Part shown: positions 54,316 through 62,268 of the stretch, one piece after another | Layout: every line of letters begins with the position of its first letter | Numbering within the stretch: the first letter of the stretch is position 1 | DNA from: Eubacteriales bacterium | GTDB lineage: Bacteria > Bacillota > Clostridia > Oscillospirales > CAG-272 | Direction: 5' to 3' | Assembly: GCA_045617585.1 (NCBI GenBank) | Contig: JAZLIW010000184.1 | Location: forward strand, 1-62,268 | DNA length: 62,268 nucleotides | Made by a program: the position numbers and the translations under genes | Notes under the pieces: generated by a model | Database searches by the model: none | What the model saw: the letters and a program-made list of their open reading frames with translations, nothing else | Told to the model about the DNA's origin: nothing

Positions 54316-55005
54316 TCACTGGAGCAGCTCGAACTTGTAGCCGACGCCCCAGACGGTCTTCAGGATCCACTTATCGGACACGCCCTCCAGCTTCTCACGC
54401 AGACGCTTGACGTGTACGTCGACCGTGCGGGAGTCGCCGAGATAGTCAAAGCCCCAGACCTTGTCCAGCAGCTGATCGCGCGAGAAGACGCGGTTGCAGT
54501 TGGAGGCAAGGAAGTAGAGCAGCTCGAGCTCCTTCGGGGGAATGTCCACGCTCTTGCCCTTCAGCTTGAGCTCGTATTTTTCCTTGCTGATCTCGATGTT
54601 GTCGAATTTGATGACCTCGTTGTCATCCTGATTGTCGTGCGCGGAATAGCGGCGCAGGACCGCCTTGATGCGCGCGGAAAGCTCCTTCAGGTCGAAGGGC
54701 TTGACCACGAAGTCGTCGGCGCCGAGCTCCAGCCCGAGGACCTTGTCGAACACGTCGCCCTTGGCGGTGATCATGATGACCGGCTTGGAAGAGATTTCAC
54801 GGATCTCACGGCAGACCTGCCATCCGTCCTTCTTGGGCAGCATGATATCGAGCAGGACAAGATCCGGCTCGTACATTTTGAAGTAGCTGACACCCTCGGC
54901 GCCGTCTCCGGCGGTCTTGATCTCGTAGCCCTCGTTCTCCAGATAGACCCGCAGCATTTCGCAGATCGCGGATTCGTCGTCAACGACAAGAATTTTCGTT
55001 CCCAT
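54316..55005 (-). CDS. OmpR/PhoB-family response regulator
   Basis: ILVVDDE...DLVLLDIMLP...ITAKG, with a C-terminal winged helix (LELLYFLASN...TVDVHVKRLREKL...TVWGVGYKF). Confidence 0.9.
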   Translation of the reverse strand: MGTKILVVDDESAICEMLRVYLENEGYEIKTAGDGAEGVSYFKMYEPDLVLLDIMLPKKDGWQVCREIREISSKPVIMITAKGDVFDKVLGLELGADDFVVKPFDLKELSARIKAVLRRYSAHDNQDDNEVIKFDNIEISKEKYELKLKGKSVDIPPKELELLYFLASNCNRVFSRDQLLDKVWGFDYLGDSRTVDVHVKRLREKLEGVSDKWILKTVWGVGYKFELLQ

Positions 55006-55134
55006 ATTCGTATCTCCTTTTCAAATATTAAGATTGTGATTTTTTTCTCTGTATTCATAATACCACTTTCAGGGGTGAAAGGTGTTAACGATTTGTTAAT
55101 TTTAGGAACGGAACCAAGTATTTCGAAAAAGTTC

Positions 55135-55163
55135 TTGCCAAAAAAAGGGGAAGCGGCTATAAT
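55135..55163 (+). promoter_or_regulatory. Sigma-A type promoter for ychF
   Basis: TTGCCA, 17 nt, TATAAT. Confidence 0.55.
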
Positions 55164-55214
55164 TGAAATGATATAAAAGCAATACTCTGCGAAGCGCGAA
55201 AGGAAACGTCATTC

Positions 55215-56315
55215 ATGAAATTAGGTATCGTCGGGCTCCCGAACGTCGGGAAAAGCACGCTGTTCAACGCGATCACGAACGCCGGTGCGGAAATGGCAAA
55301 CTACCCCTTCTGCACCATCGAGCCGAACGTCGGCGTCGTGACCGTTCCGGATCCCCGTCTCGATGAGCTCGCAAAAATATACTCCCCCGAGAAGTACACC
55401 CCCGCCATCATCGAATTCGTCGATATCGCGGGTCTGGTCAAGGGCGCGTCCAAGGGCGAGGGTCTGGGCAACAAGTTCCTCTCCCACATCCGCGAGGTGG
55501 ACGCGATCATCCACGTCGTCCGCTGCTTCCGTGACGCGAAGATCGTTCACGTCGACGGCTCGGTCGATCCGATCCGTGACCTGGAGGTCATCAACACCGA
55601 GCTGCTCCTCGCCGACATCGAGCTCGTCGAGCGCCGTCTTGACCGCGCCCGCAAGCTGATGAAGGGCGACCGCACGATGGAGGCAGAGGTACGTCTGCTC
55701 GAACGGATGCTGGAACAGATGAACGCCGGTGCCTCTGCCCGCGCGATCGAAATGACCGCGGACGAGGAGGAACTGATCTCCGATATGCCCCTTCTTTCCA
55801 AAAAGCCGGTCATCTACGCCGCGAACATCGGCGAGGATGAGGTCGGCTCCGACCTCTCGGACAACGACGGCTATCAGAAGCTGAAGGCGCACGCCGAAAG
55901 CGAGGGCGCCGGGATCCTCCCGATCTGCGCGTCGATCGAGGCGGAGATCGCCCAGCTCGATACCGCGGAAGAAAAAGAAATCTTCCTCACCGATCTCGGT
56001 CTGACCGAAAGCGGTCTCGACCGCCTGATCAAGGAGAGCTATTCCCTGCTCGGTCTCATCAGCTTCCTGACCGCGGGACCGAAGGAGGTCCGCGCGTGGA
56101 CCATCCGCAAGGGCACCAAGGCGCCGCAGGCAGCGGGCAAGATCCACTCCGACTTTGAGCGCGGCTTCATCCGCGCGGAGGTCATCGCGTACGACGACTT
56201 CATGGCGGTCGGCGGCTCCAACAACGTGGCGAAGGAAAAGGGCCTCATCCGCTCCGAAGGCAAGGATTACGTCATGAAGGACGGCGACATCGTCGTCTTC
56301 CGCTTCAATGTCTGA
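55215..56315 (+). CDS. ychF: Redox-regulated ATPase YchF
   Basis: [19 protein letters not shown]...YPFCTIEPN...[12 protein letters not shown]...C-terminal TGS ([11 protein letters not shown]). Confidence 0.95.
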   Translation: MKLGIVGLPNVGKSTLFNAITNAGAEMANYPFCTIEPNVGVVTVPDPRLDELAKIYSPEKYTPAIIEFVDIAGLVKGASKGEGLGNKFLSHIREVDAIIHVVRCFRDAKIVHVDGSVDPIRDLEVINTELLLADIELVERRLDRARKLMKGDRTMEAEVRLLERMLEQMNAGASARAIEMTADEEELISDMPLLSKKPVIYAANIGEDEVGSDLSDNDGYQKLKAHAESEGAGILPICASIEAEIAQLDTAEEKEIFLTDLGLTESGLDRLIKESYSLLGLISFLTAGPKEVRAWTIRKGTKAPQAAGKIHSDFERGFIRAEVIAYDDFMAVGGSNNVAKEKGLIRSEGKDYVMKDGDIVVFRFNV

Positions 56316-56760
56316 GAAAGACGGCTTTCCCGGCAGGCTTCTGAAGGATCTGAAACAGTATTGGAAGGGGCTCGCGATCGCCGCGGCGGTCATCCTGCTC
56401 CTCAACCTCGCGTTCGGCACCGTTTGTCCCTTCCGGATCCTTTTCGGGACCCCATGCCCCGGCTGCGGCATGACGCGGGCGCTGCTCCTTCTGCTCCGCC
56501 TCGATTTCCGCGGAGCGCTCTCGATGCATCCGCTCTCTCCCTTCTTCTTCGTCCTGTTCCTCCTTTTTCCGTTTTTCCGCTACGGAAAAACAGATCGGAC
56601 GGGGTTATGGGTCCGGCTCTGCGCCGTGCTCCTCTTTCTTCTCCTCCCGGTCTACCTCTTCCGGATGCTCCGCGTCTTCCCCGGAGAGGCACCGATGGAT
56701 CTGACCTTTGCCGATTCACTTCTCGGCAGGCTCGTTCGCTTCTTCCTGAAACAAAAATAA
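56308..56760 (+). CDS. DUF2752 domain membrane protein
   Basis: CPFRILFGTPCPGCGMTRALLLLL is the DUF2752 hallmark. The start overlaps the ychF stop by 8 nt. Confidence 0.75.
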   Translation: MSEKDGFPGRLLKDLKQYWKGLAIAAAVILLLNLAFGTVCPFRILFGTPCPGCGMTRALLLLLRLDFRGALSMHPLSPFFFVLFLLFPFFRYGKTDRTGLWVRLCAVLLFLLLPVYLFRMLRVFPGEAPMDLTFADSLLGRLVRFFLKQK

Positions 56761-56782
56761 TCAACATAAACGGAGGTTTCTC

Positions 56783-57175
56783 ATGGACAACAACCAGTTT
56801 GATCAGAACCAGCAGCCCCAGCAGGATCAGCAGCCCGCTTATCAGCAGAACTACAACTATCAGCAGAACGCTTATCAGCAGCCTGTCTACCAGCAGCCCC
56901 CGGTCCACACCGAGCCCGCGATGACGGTCGGTGAGTGGATGATCATCATGCTGATCGGCTTCATTCCCTGCGTCAACATCATCATGCTCTTCGTCTGGGC
57001 GTTTTCCGGCGATCAGAACAAGGTTTCCCGCGCCAACTACTGCAAGGCGAACCTCATCTGGATGCTCATCGGCATCGTCCTCAGCACCATTTCCAGTATC
57101 GCTTTCGGAGCGATCTTCGCTTCCCTTTTTGAAAATATCGCAAGTGAATTCGCGATGCTGATCGCGCTCCTCTGA
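56783..57175 (+). CDS. Small membrane protein with a Gln/Tyr/Asn-rich N-terminus and two TM helices
   Basis: MDNNQFDQNQQPQQDQQPAYQQNYNYQQNAYQQPVYQQPPVH (16 Q in 42 aa, hand count), then two hydrophobic helices. Starts 22 nt after the DUF2752 gene. Confidence 0.6.
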   Translation: MDNNQFDQNQQPQQDQQPAYQQNYNYQQNAYQQPVYQQPPVHTEPAMTVGEWMIIMLIGFIPCVNIIMLFVWAFSGDQNKVSRANYCKANLIWMLIGIVLSTISSIAFGAIFASLFENIASEFAMLIALL

Positions 57176-57196
57176 TCCTTCTTCGACCTTGAAATC

Positions 57197-57246
57197 AAAA
57201 CCGTCCCGGTGCCGTGTCTTTCGGACACAACGTCGGGACGGTTTTT
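57197..57246. terminator. Bidirectional terminator between the Q-rich protein gene and typA
   Basis: aaaaccgtcccg ... cgggacggttttt with an inner gtgtc tttc ggacac hairpin. Confidence 0.8.
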
Positions 57247-57254
57247 CTGTTTCC

Positions 57255-59078
57255 TTATTTCTTCAGCTTGGCCTGCGCCTTGAGGCGGAGCGCGGTGTCG
57301 AGGATCGCCTTGCGGAGACGGATCGTCTTCGGGGTGACCTCGATCAGCTCGTCGTCGGCGATGAACTCGATGGATTCCTCGAGGGACATCCTGACGGGAG
57401 TCACGAGGCGGAGCGCTTCGTCCGCACCGGTGGAACGGACCGCGGTCAGATGCTTCTGCTTGCAGACGTTGACGGCGATATCACCGTGCTTGGGGGATTC
57501 GCCGACGATCATGCCCTCGTAAACGGGGGTCTGGACGCCGATGAAGAGCGGGCCTCTTTCCTGCGCGTAGAACAGACCGTAGGAGGTGGATTCCCCTGCC
57601 TCGGAGGCGATCAGGGAACCGGTCGCACGCATCGGGATATCGCCCTTGTAGGGGTGATAACCTTCAAAGATTGTGTTCATGATACCCTCGCCGCGGGTAT
57701 CGGTCATGAACTCGGAGCGGTAACCGAACAGGCAGCGGGACGGGATCAGGTAGGTCAGCTCCATGCGGCTGCCGCGTCTGCCCATCGAGACGAGGTCGCC
57801 CTTTCTGGCGCCGAGTTTTTCCATGACGGAGCCCATGGATTCCTCCGGGACGTCGATGACGACGGTCTCGAACGGCTCGCAGCGCTGTCCGTCGATCTCA
57901 CGGTAGAGCACGCGGGGCGTTGAAACGGTCAGCTCATAGCCCTCGCGGCGCATGGTCTCGATCAGGATGGAGAGGTGCATTTCGCCTCTGCCCGCGACGC
58001 GGAAGCAGTCGGTCGTTTCACCGTCCTCCACGCGGAGGGAAACGTCCTTCAGCAGCTCGTTGTAAAGACGGGCGCGAAGCTGACGGGAGGTCACGAACTT
58101 GCCTTCTTTTCCGGCGAAGGGGCTGTCGTTGACCGAGAAGGTCATTTCGATCGTCGGCTCGGAGATCTTGACGAAGGGCAGCGGCTCGGGATTCGTGACC
58201 GCGGTGATGGTATCGCCAATCGTGATAGATTCGGCGCCGGAGAAGCAGACGATATCGCCGGGCATCGCGGACTCCGCGGAGACCTTGCCCAGACCGTCGA
58301 ACATCGAGAGGGAGACGATCTTGGTGCGCTTGGGCGCTTCCCCGCCGTGATAGTTGCAGACCATGGCCTCCTGTCCCTGACGGATGGTGCCGCGCTCCAC
58401 TCTGCCGATGCCCATTCTGCCGACGTAGTCGTTGTAGTCGATCGAGGAAACGAGCAGCTGCAGGGGAGCCTCCTCGTCGCCCTCGGGCGCGGGGATATAA
58501 TTGACGATCGTCTCGAAGAGCGGGATCAGGTCCTTGCCCTCGTCCAGCGCGGAGAGCGCCGCCGTTCCTGCTCTGCCGGAGCAGTAGACGATCGGGCTGT
58601 CGAGCTGTTCGTCGGTCGCGTCGAGGTCCATCAGGAGCTCGAGAACTTCCTCCTCGACCTCACCGAGGCGCGCGTCCGGCTTGTCGATCTTGTTGATGAC
58701 GACGATCACGCGGTGGTTCAGCTCCAGTGCCTTCTGCAGGACGAAGCGGGTCTGCGGCATCGGGCCTTCGGCAGCGTCCACGAGCAGCAGAACGCCGTCC
58801 ACCATTTTCAGGATGCGCTCGACCTCGCCGGAAAAGTCGGCGTGCCCGGGCGTGTCGATAATGTTGATCTTGATATCCTTATAGCGGATCGAGGTGTTCT
58901 TGGCAAGAATGGTGATGCCTCTTTCGCGCTCCAGCGCGTTAGAGTCCATGACGCGTTCCTCGGTCGCCTGGTTTTCACGGTAGATACCGCCCTGCTTCAG
59001 CATCTGGTCGACCAGCGTGGTCTTGCCGTGGTCAACGTGGGCGATGATTGCGATATTTCTCAGATCGTTTCTTTTCAC
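57255..59078 (-). CDS. typA: Translational GTPase TypA/BipA
   Basis: RNIAIIAHVDHGKTTLVD...DTPGHADF...NKID. The in-frame GTG at 59078 has GGAG 9 nt upstream; the ORF-track start at 59159 adds 27 atypical residues and overlaps the promoter. Confidence 0.9.
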   Translation of the reverse strand: MKRNDLRNIAIIAHVDHGKTTLVDQMLKQGGIYRENQATEERVMDSNALERERGITILAKNTSIRYKDIKINIIDTPGHADFSGEVERILKMVDGVLLLVDAAEGPMPQTRFVLQKALELNHRVIVVINKIDKPDARLGEVEEEVLELLMDLDATDEQLDSPIVYCSGRAGTAALSALDEGKDLIPLFETIVNYIPAPEGDEEAPLQLLVSSIDYNDYVGRMGIGRVERGTIRQGQEAMVCNYHGGEAPKRTKIVSLSMFDGLGKVSAESAMPGDIVCFSGAESITIGDTITAVTNPEPLPFVKISEPTIEMTFSVNDSPFAGKEGKFVTSRQLRARLYNELLKDVSLRVEDGETTDCFRVAGRGEMHLSILIETMRREGYELTVSTPRVLYREIDGQRCEPFETVVIDVPEESMGSVMEKLGARKGDLVSMGRRGSRMELTYLIPSRCLFGYRSEFMTDTRGEGIMNTIFEGYHPYKGDIPMRATGSLIASEAGESTSYGLFYAQERGPLFIGVQTPVYEGMIVGESPKHGDIAVNVCKQKHLTAVRSTGADEALRLVTPVRMSLEESIEFIADDELIEVTPKTIRLRKAILDTALRLKAQAKLKK

Positions 59079-59130
59079 GTTTCTTTTCTCCGTTCCGTAG
59101 TTACGATAAGCATTACTTTCACAATTTATT

Positions 59131-59159
59131 ATTGTAGCATATTTCCGCGGGGAATGCAA
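59131..59159 (-). promoter_or_regulatory. Sigma-A type promoter for typA
   Basis: On the minus strand: TTGCAT, 17 nt, TACAAT. Confidence 0.55.
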
Positions 59160-59221
59160 GAGGATTCGGCAAAAAAGTATGTCTTCCGGGGCGTTTTTTT
59201 CCTCTTTTTGTCCGCTTTCGG

Positions 59222-59250
59222 TTGACTTTTCCCTTTTCGTATGTTATACT
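59222..59250 (+). promoter_or_regulatory. Sigma-A type promoter for mntP
   Basis: TTGACT, 17 nt, TATACT. Confidence 0.55.
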
Positions 59251-59281
59251 GGTTCAAACGTCCTGAAGGGGGTCTTTTTTC

Positions 59282-59851
59282 TTGTCATTTGCGGAACTCC
59301 TGATCCTTGCCGTCGGTCTTTCGATGGACGCGTTTGCCGTCTCCGTCTGCAAGGGGCTTGCCTCCGGAAAACCGGGCGCGAAGCATTATCTTGCCGTCGG
59401 TCTCTGGTTCGGCGGTTTTCAGGCACTGATGCCAGCGATCGGCTATTTTCTCGGTGCCACGTTTGAAAAGTACATCACGGCGTTCGATCACTGGATCGCC
59501 TTCGTTCTTCTCTGCCTGATCGGCGGGAACATGATCCGGGAAGCACTCTCCGGCGAAGAAGAGAGCGCGGACGCCTCGATCGGCTTCCGCGTCATGCTGA
59601 CGATGGCGGTCGCGACCTCGATCGACGCGCTTGCCGTCGGCATTTCCTTCGGCGTCCTGCCGGACGTCAGCCTTCCCGCCGCCGTCTCCCTGATCGGCGT
59701 CACCACCTGCCTGCTCTCCATGCTCGGGCTGAAGATCGGCAGCGTCTTCGGTACCAGATACAAAACAAAAGCCGAGATCACGGGCGGCACGATCCTGATC
59801 CTCATCGGTCTGAAGATCCTCCTCGAGCACCTCGGCATCCTGAACCTCTGA
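59282..59851 (+). CDS. mntP: Manganese efflux pump MntP
   Basis: (M)SFAELLILAVGLSMDAFAVSV with a repeated SIDALAVGISF motif. TTG start 9 nt after AAGGGGG. Confidence 0.85.
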   Translation: MSFAELLILAVGLSMDAFAVSVCKGLASGKPGAKHYLAVGLWFGGFQALMPAIGYFLGATFEKYITAFDHWIAFVLLCLIGGNMIREALSGEEESADASIGFRVMLTMAVATSIDALAVGISFGVLPDVSLPAAVSLIGVTTCLLSMLGLKIGSVFGTRYKTKAEITGGTILILIGLKILLEHLGILNL

Positions 59852-59877
59852 TACGCCATTCCGTTCGGACAAGCCGG

Positions 59878-59990
59878 CCCGGGACGGCAATCCGTCCCGG
59901 GACGGCAATCCATCCCGGGCAGATACGGCACGGTGCCGTGCGGTCGGGCAAGGTTCCCCGTCACGGGCACGTATGCCGTACGCCCGGCAA
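59878..59990. repeat. GC-rich intergenic repeat element: 18-nt tandem CCCGGGACGGCAATCC(G/A)T x2 plus a degenerate third copy, followed by palindromes and a GGGCACGTATGCC box
   Basis: Read directly at 59878-59931. ccgtcccgggacgg is a perfect 14-nt palindrome. GGGCACGTATGCC (59965-59977) matches the 26376-26416 repeat unit in 12 of 13 positions. Confidence 0.8.
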
Positions 59991-60011
59991 CCGCCCTCCC
60001 GAAAAAAACTC

Positions 60012-60040
60012 TTGCATTTTTTCCGCATCTATGCTATAAT
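60012..60040 (+). promoter_or_regulatory. Sigma-A type promoter for tRNA-Leu
   Basis: TTGCAT, 17 nt, TATAAT. The -10 box ends 10 nt before the tRNA 5' end. Confidence 0.6.
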
Positions 60041-60050
60041 CAAAAAAGCC

Positions 60051-60137
60051 GCCGGTGTGGTGGAACTGGCAGACGCGCTGGACTCAAAATCCAGTGGTAG
60101 CGATACCATGCGGGTTCGACCCCCGCCACCGGCACCA
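60051..60137 (+). tRNA. tRNA-Leu (anticodon CAA), long variable arm, CCA end encoded
   Basis: GCCGGTG...CTGGA CTCAAAA TCCAG, variable arm GGTAgcgaTACC, T-arm GCGGG TTCGACC CCCGC, then CACCGGC A CCA. Confidence 0.9.
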
Positions 60138-60146
60138 AACAGGAAT

Positions 60147-60188
60147 AATCCGAACTTCGTCATCAAAGGTGACGCGTTCGGATTTTCT
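60147..60188 (+). terminator. Terminator after tRNA-Leu
   Basis: aatccgaac ... gttcggatt with an inner cgtca/tgacg stem, followed by ttttct. Confidence 0.7.
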
Positions 60189-60278
60189 GTTATGTTCACC
60201 TATCCGAATTTCAATAAGAAGAAATAACGGACAATGAAATACCGCCGGGAATGTTTTTCACTCCCGACGGTTTTGTTT

Positions 60279-61880
60279 TTACGGATTGATATATTTTCCC
60301 TCAACGTAGAACACGCCATCTGTCAGCGGCTTTTCGTTGTCGGGTTTACGGAGAACGCCACGGCGAATCAGTTCATCCGTTACATATCCAATGATTTGAT
60401 GCAGATAACAACTGACCCACTGATTGACCTGACCTTGCAGGTGTTTCGGGACAAAACTCATAAAAGCATGATGAACATTCTCAATCCAATCTGAAAGAAG
60501 ATCGTCGAACTTTTCATCCTTCATCTCAAACAGTGAAATAAATTTTCCGAATTGTTCTGTTGTAAAGCACGGGAAGTTAAGGATGAAGCCGGGAATCGAA
60601 CTTTTAAGCAGATTTGTTTCAATCAAATGCGCAGCATCTTCTTCGGAAAGGGCATCTTTTGACACAATACCGTTTGCGCTGTTTTGAGGTATACCGTTCG
60701 CACACAACCAACGCATCCCCTTGTTATGGTAAATGCTGATATCAAAATATTTACTGACCCAATAATAGTAGATATGCGACGGAACATTGTACGCGCTGCC
60801 GCTGTCATCTCCTGCTACGTTGCATCCGGTATTATACTCTGCATGGTGTTCCGATTCATCGACTGTTTCTTCCACGATAAACCAACCGTAACCGCCATCC
60901 TTTCTCGGAGGATATGGACCGTTTTCAAGTTTCAGACGGTTGTTCTTTACATCACTGATTTTGCGCCTGAGCAAATACGGAATAATGATATACCCAAGCC
61001 TGCCTATGCCGAAATCACTTCCATAAAAGTCCAATGAACTGATTTTGTTTTCAGCCTCTCTCAGAATCACTTCCAATTGATCTGCAAGCATATTGACCGC
61101 CGATGTAGAAATGCTTTCGGTATGTTTTCTGTCCTTCAAACGGAAAACAATAAAATTGGTCGCGTATTTACTACCCACTTTACAGATAGCATCTCCGTAT
61201 TCAAGGCGTGGAATCTCATCCTCAATATACATGGCAGGGATTCCGGTGCTGATACTGATTTCCTCTATGGTCAACGGTTTTTCATAAGCCGCGAGGCAAA
61301 TAGCACGGGAAATTTGTGTGTGAAGATATGCGTCGGGATCCATATTACCGTTACAGGTTCCGGTATTCCAATTGATTCTCTGATAAACCTTATCCATTTT
61401 GTCTTCTCCTATTCTTTCTCTGATTCTTTGGCGTCCGACATTCAGGCGCCATTTGACGGTTGCTTCGGAGAGCGAGTATTTTCGGGCAAGGTCTCTTACG
61501 GACAGCTCGCCGACGTAATAGTCCACGAAAATATTTCTGTATCCGGAAGACAATGTATGAAGACTGCGAAATACAGCGTCATATCGTTCTTCCAAATCGT
61601 CAGTTTCCATATCAGTTTCGTCTGCTGTATCAAAAAGTTCGTCATCATACGACAGAATAACCATGTTCTTATTACGATTTCCGATAAGCCGTGCATAACG
61701 GTTGTGCGCGATTTTCCAGACCCACGCTTCGAAAGAATCTATTTGATGACGGTCCATTCCTTCCAAAATCTGACAGACGATCTCACTCGCAAGATCTTCG
61801 GCATCATGGTAATCGGATAACCGTTTACAGCAAAAGCGGAAGATTGGTTCGATATACGGGATGATTTTATCCTTGTCCAA
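60279..61880 (-). CDS. ECF-like sigma-70 family factor (regions 2 and 4) fused to a ~365-aa C-terminal domain of unknown function
   Basis: Region 2: DAEDLASEIVCQILE...FEAWVWKIAHNRYARL. Region 4: LSVRDLARKYSLSEATVKWRLNVGRQRIRERI. No TM segment in the remainder. TTG start with AAAGGAGGGG 9 nt upstream. Confidence 0.75.
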   Translation of the reverse strand: MDKDKIIPYIEPIFRFCCKRLSDYHDAEDLASEIVCQILEGMDRHQIDSFEAWVWKIAHNRYARLIGNRNKNMVILSYDDELFDTADETDMETDDLEERYDAVFRSLHTLSSGYRNIFVDYYVGELSVRDLARKYSLSEATVKWRLNVGRQRIRERIGEDKMDKVYQRINWNTGTCNGNMDPDAYLHTQISRAICLAAYEKPLTIEEISISTGIPAMYIEDEIPRLEYGDAICKVGSKYATNFIVFRLKDRKHTESISTSAVNMLADQLEVILREAENKISSLDFYGSDFGIGRLGYIIIPYLLRRKISDVKNNRLKLENGPYPPRKDGGYGWFIVEETVDESEHHAEYNTGCNVAGDDSGSAYNVPSHIYYYWVSKYFDISIYHNKGMRWLCANGIPQNSANGIVSKDALSEEDAAHLIETNLLKSSIPGFILNFPCFTTEQFGKFISLFEMKDEKFDDLLSDWIENVHHAFMSFVPKHLQGQVNQWVSCYLHQIIGYVTDELIRRGVLRKPDNEKPLTDGVFYVEGKYINP

Positions 61881-61967
61881 TTATTCTCCCCTCCTTTCGT
61901 TGAATGTGCAATCATGATTACACCCTTATAGTGCAGAGAAAACGGTTTGGATAGATGTTTTTATAAA

Positions 61968-61996
61968 ATAATATCACATTTTTCCAATTTTATCAA
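61968..61996 (-). promoter_or_regulatory. Possible sigma-A type promoter for the sigma-fusion gene
   Basis: On the minus strand: TTGATA, 17 nt, TATTAT, preceded by TGA. Confidence 0.45.
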
Positions 61997-62006
61997 TGCT
62001 TGAGCG

Positions 62007-62268
62007 TCACACGCCCTCGCTTTTGCTATCGGTAACGGCGGTTTCTTTCTGCTTTTCCTGCTCGGCTTTCCACTCTTCAAGCTGTTTCTTTCCTTCCTCC
62101 GATTCATACATCTGTATGATTTGCGGAAGAAGCAGACGGGCGAGATCGCGCAGAATATCATCCGGAATATGTCCTTCTCCGCGTTTGTTTGAAAGACCAT
62201 CGACAGCAAACAGCCACAGCTTCTTCCACCACTTGGCATTTTTGAAATCTTCTCTGTCCCAGATGCTT
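62007..62268 (-). CDS. C-terminal 87 codons of a hypothetical protein (5' part beyond the window edge)
   Basis: The frame is open from the window edge to the TGA at 62007-62009: ...SIWDREDFKNAKWWKKLWLFAVDGLSNKRGEGHIPDDILRDLARLLLPQIIQMYESEEGKKQLEEWKAEQEKQKETAVTDSKSEGV. The ORF-track frame 61961-62239 looks like noise. Confidence 0.45.
   Translation of the reverse strand, partial: SIWDREDFKNAKWWKKLWLFAVDGLSNKRGEGHIPDDILRDLARLLLPQIIQMYESEEGKKQLEEWKAEQEKQKETAVTDSKSEGV

Overview
This is a high-GC Clostridia-type chromosomal segment. Single 60-nt lines counted by hand give about 67% G+C in core genes (e.g. 12541-12600). The taxonomy is inferred from gene content and order only. Almost the whole window is densely packed housekeeping genes with many 4-8 nt start/stop overlaps. 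In order: MoxR-DUF58 (cut by the window edge); transaldolase/FSA; TPP riboswitch-thiT; glucokinase; mscL; an FkbM-methyltransferase/amidohydrolase pair; infC-rpmI-rplT; dprA-topA-trmFO; plsX-rnc-radical SAM-smc-ftsY; rdgB-nadD::yqeK-rsfS; rpsU; DUF362-ispE; an ABC-2 exporter; tRNA-Trp; lplA; rpmG-secE-nusG-rplK-rplA; a CPBP protease; a padR-DUF1129-acyl-CoA ligase operon; pgk-tpiA; proBAC; an OmpR/HK two-component pair; ychF; typA; mntP; tRNA-Leu(CAA). I found no CRISPR array, transposase, integrase, reverse transcriptase or recognisable defence operon. The less ordinary parts are as follows. (1) An AT-richer segment starts right after tRNA-Leu. It encodes an ECF-like sigma factor fused to a ~365-aa unassigned C-terminal domain. 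(2) An AT-richer two-gene islet of Cys-rich proteins lies next to tRNA-Trp. (3) A 45-codon Cys/Gly-rich membrane peptide gene is missing from the ORF track. (4) Two related CCCGGG/GGGCAnGTATGCC tandem-repeat elements occur in distant intergenic regions. (5) There are several fusions and synteny breaks (nadD::yqeK, plsX directly on rnc, rplKA not followed by rplJL). (6) Two large surface proteins flank proBAC. Many long ORFs in the track are antisense shadows typical of GC-rich DNA and are not reported as genes. All functional calls come from motif recognition by eye, and no searches were run.
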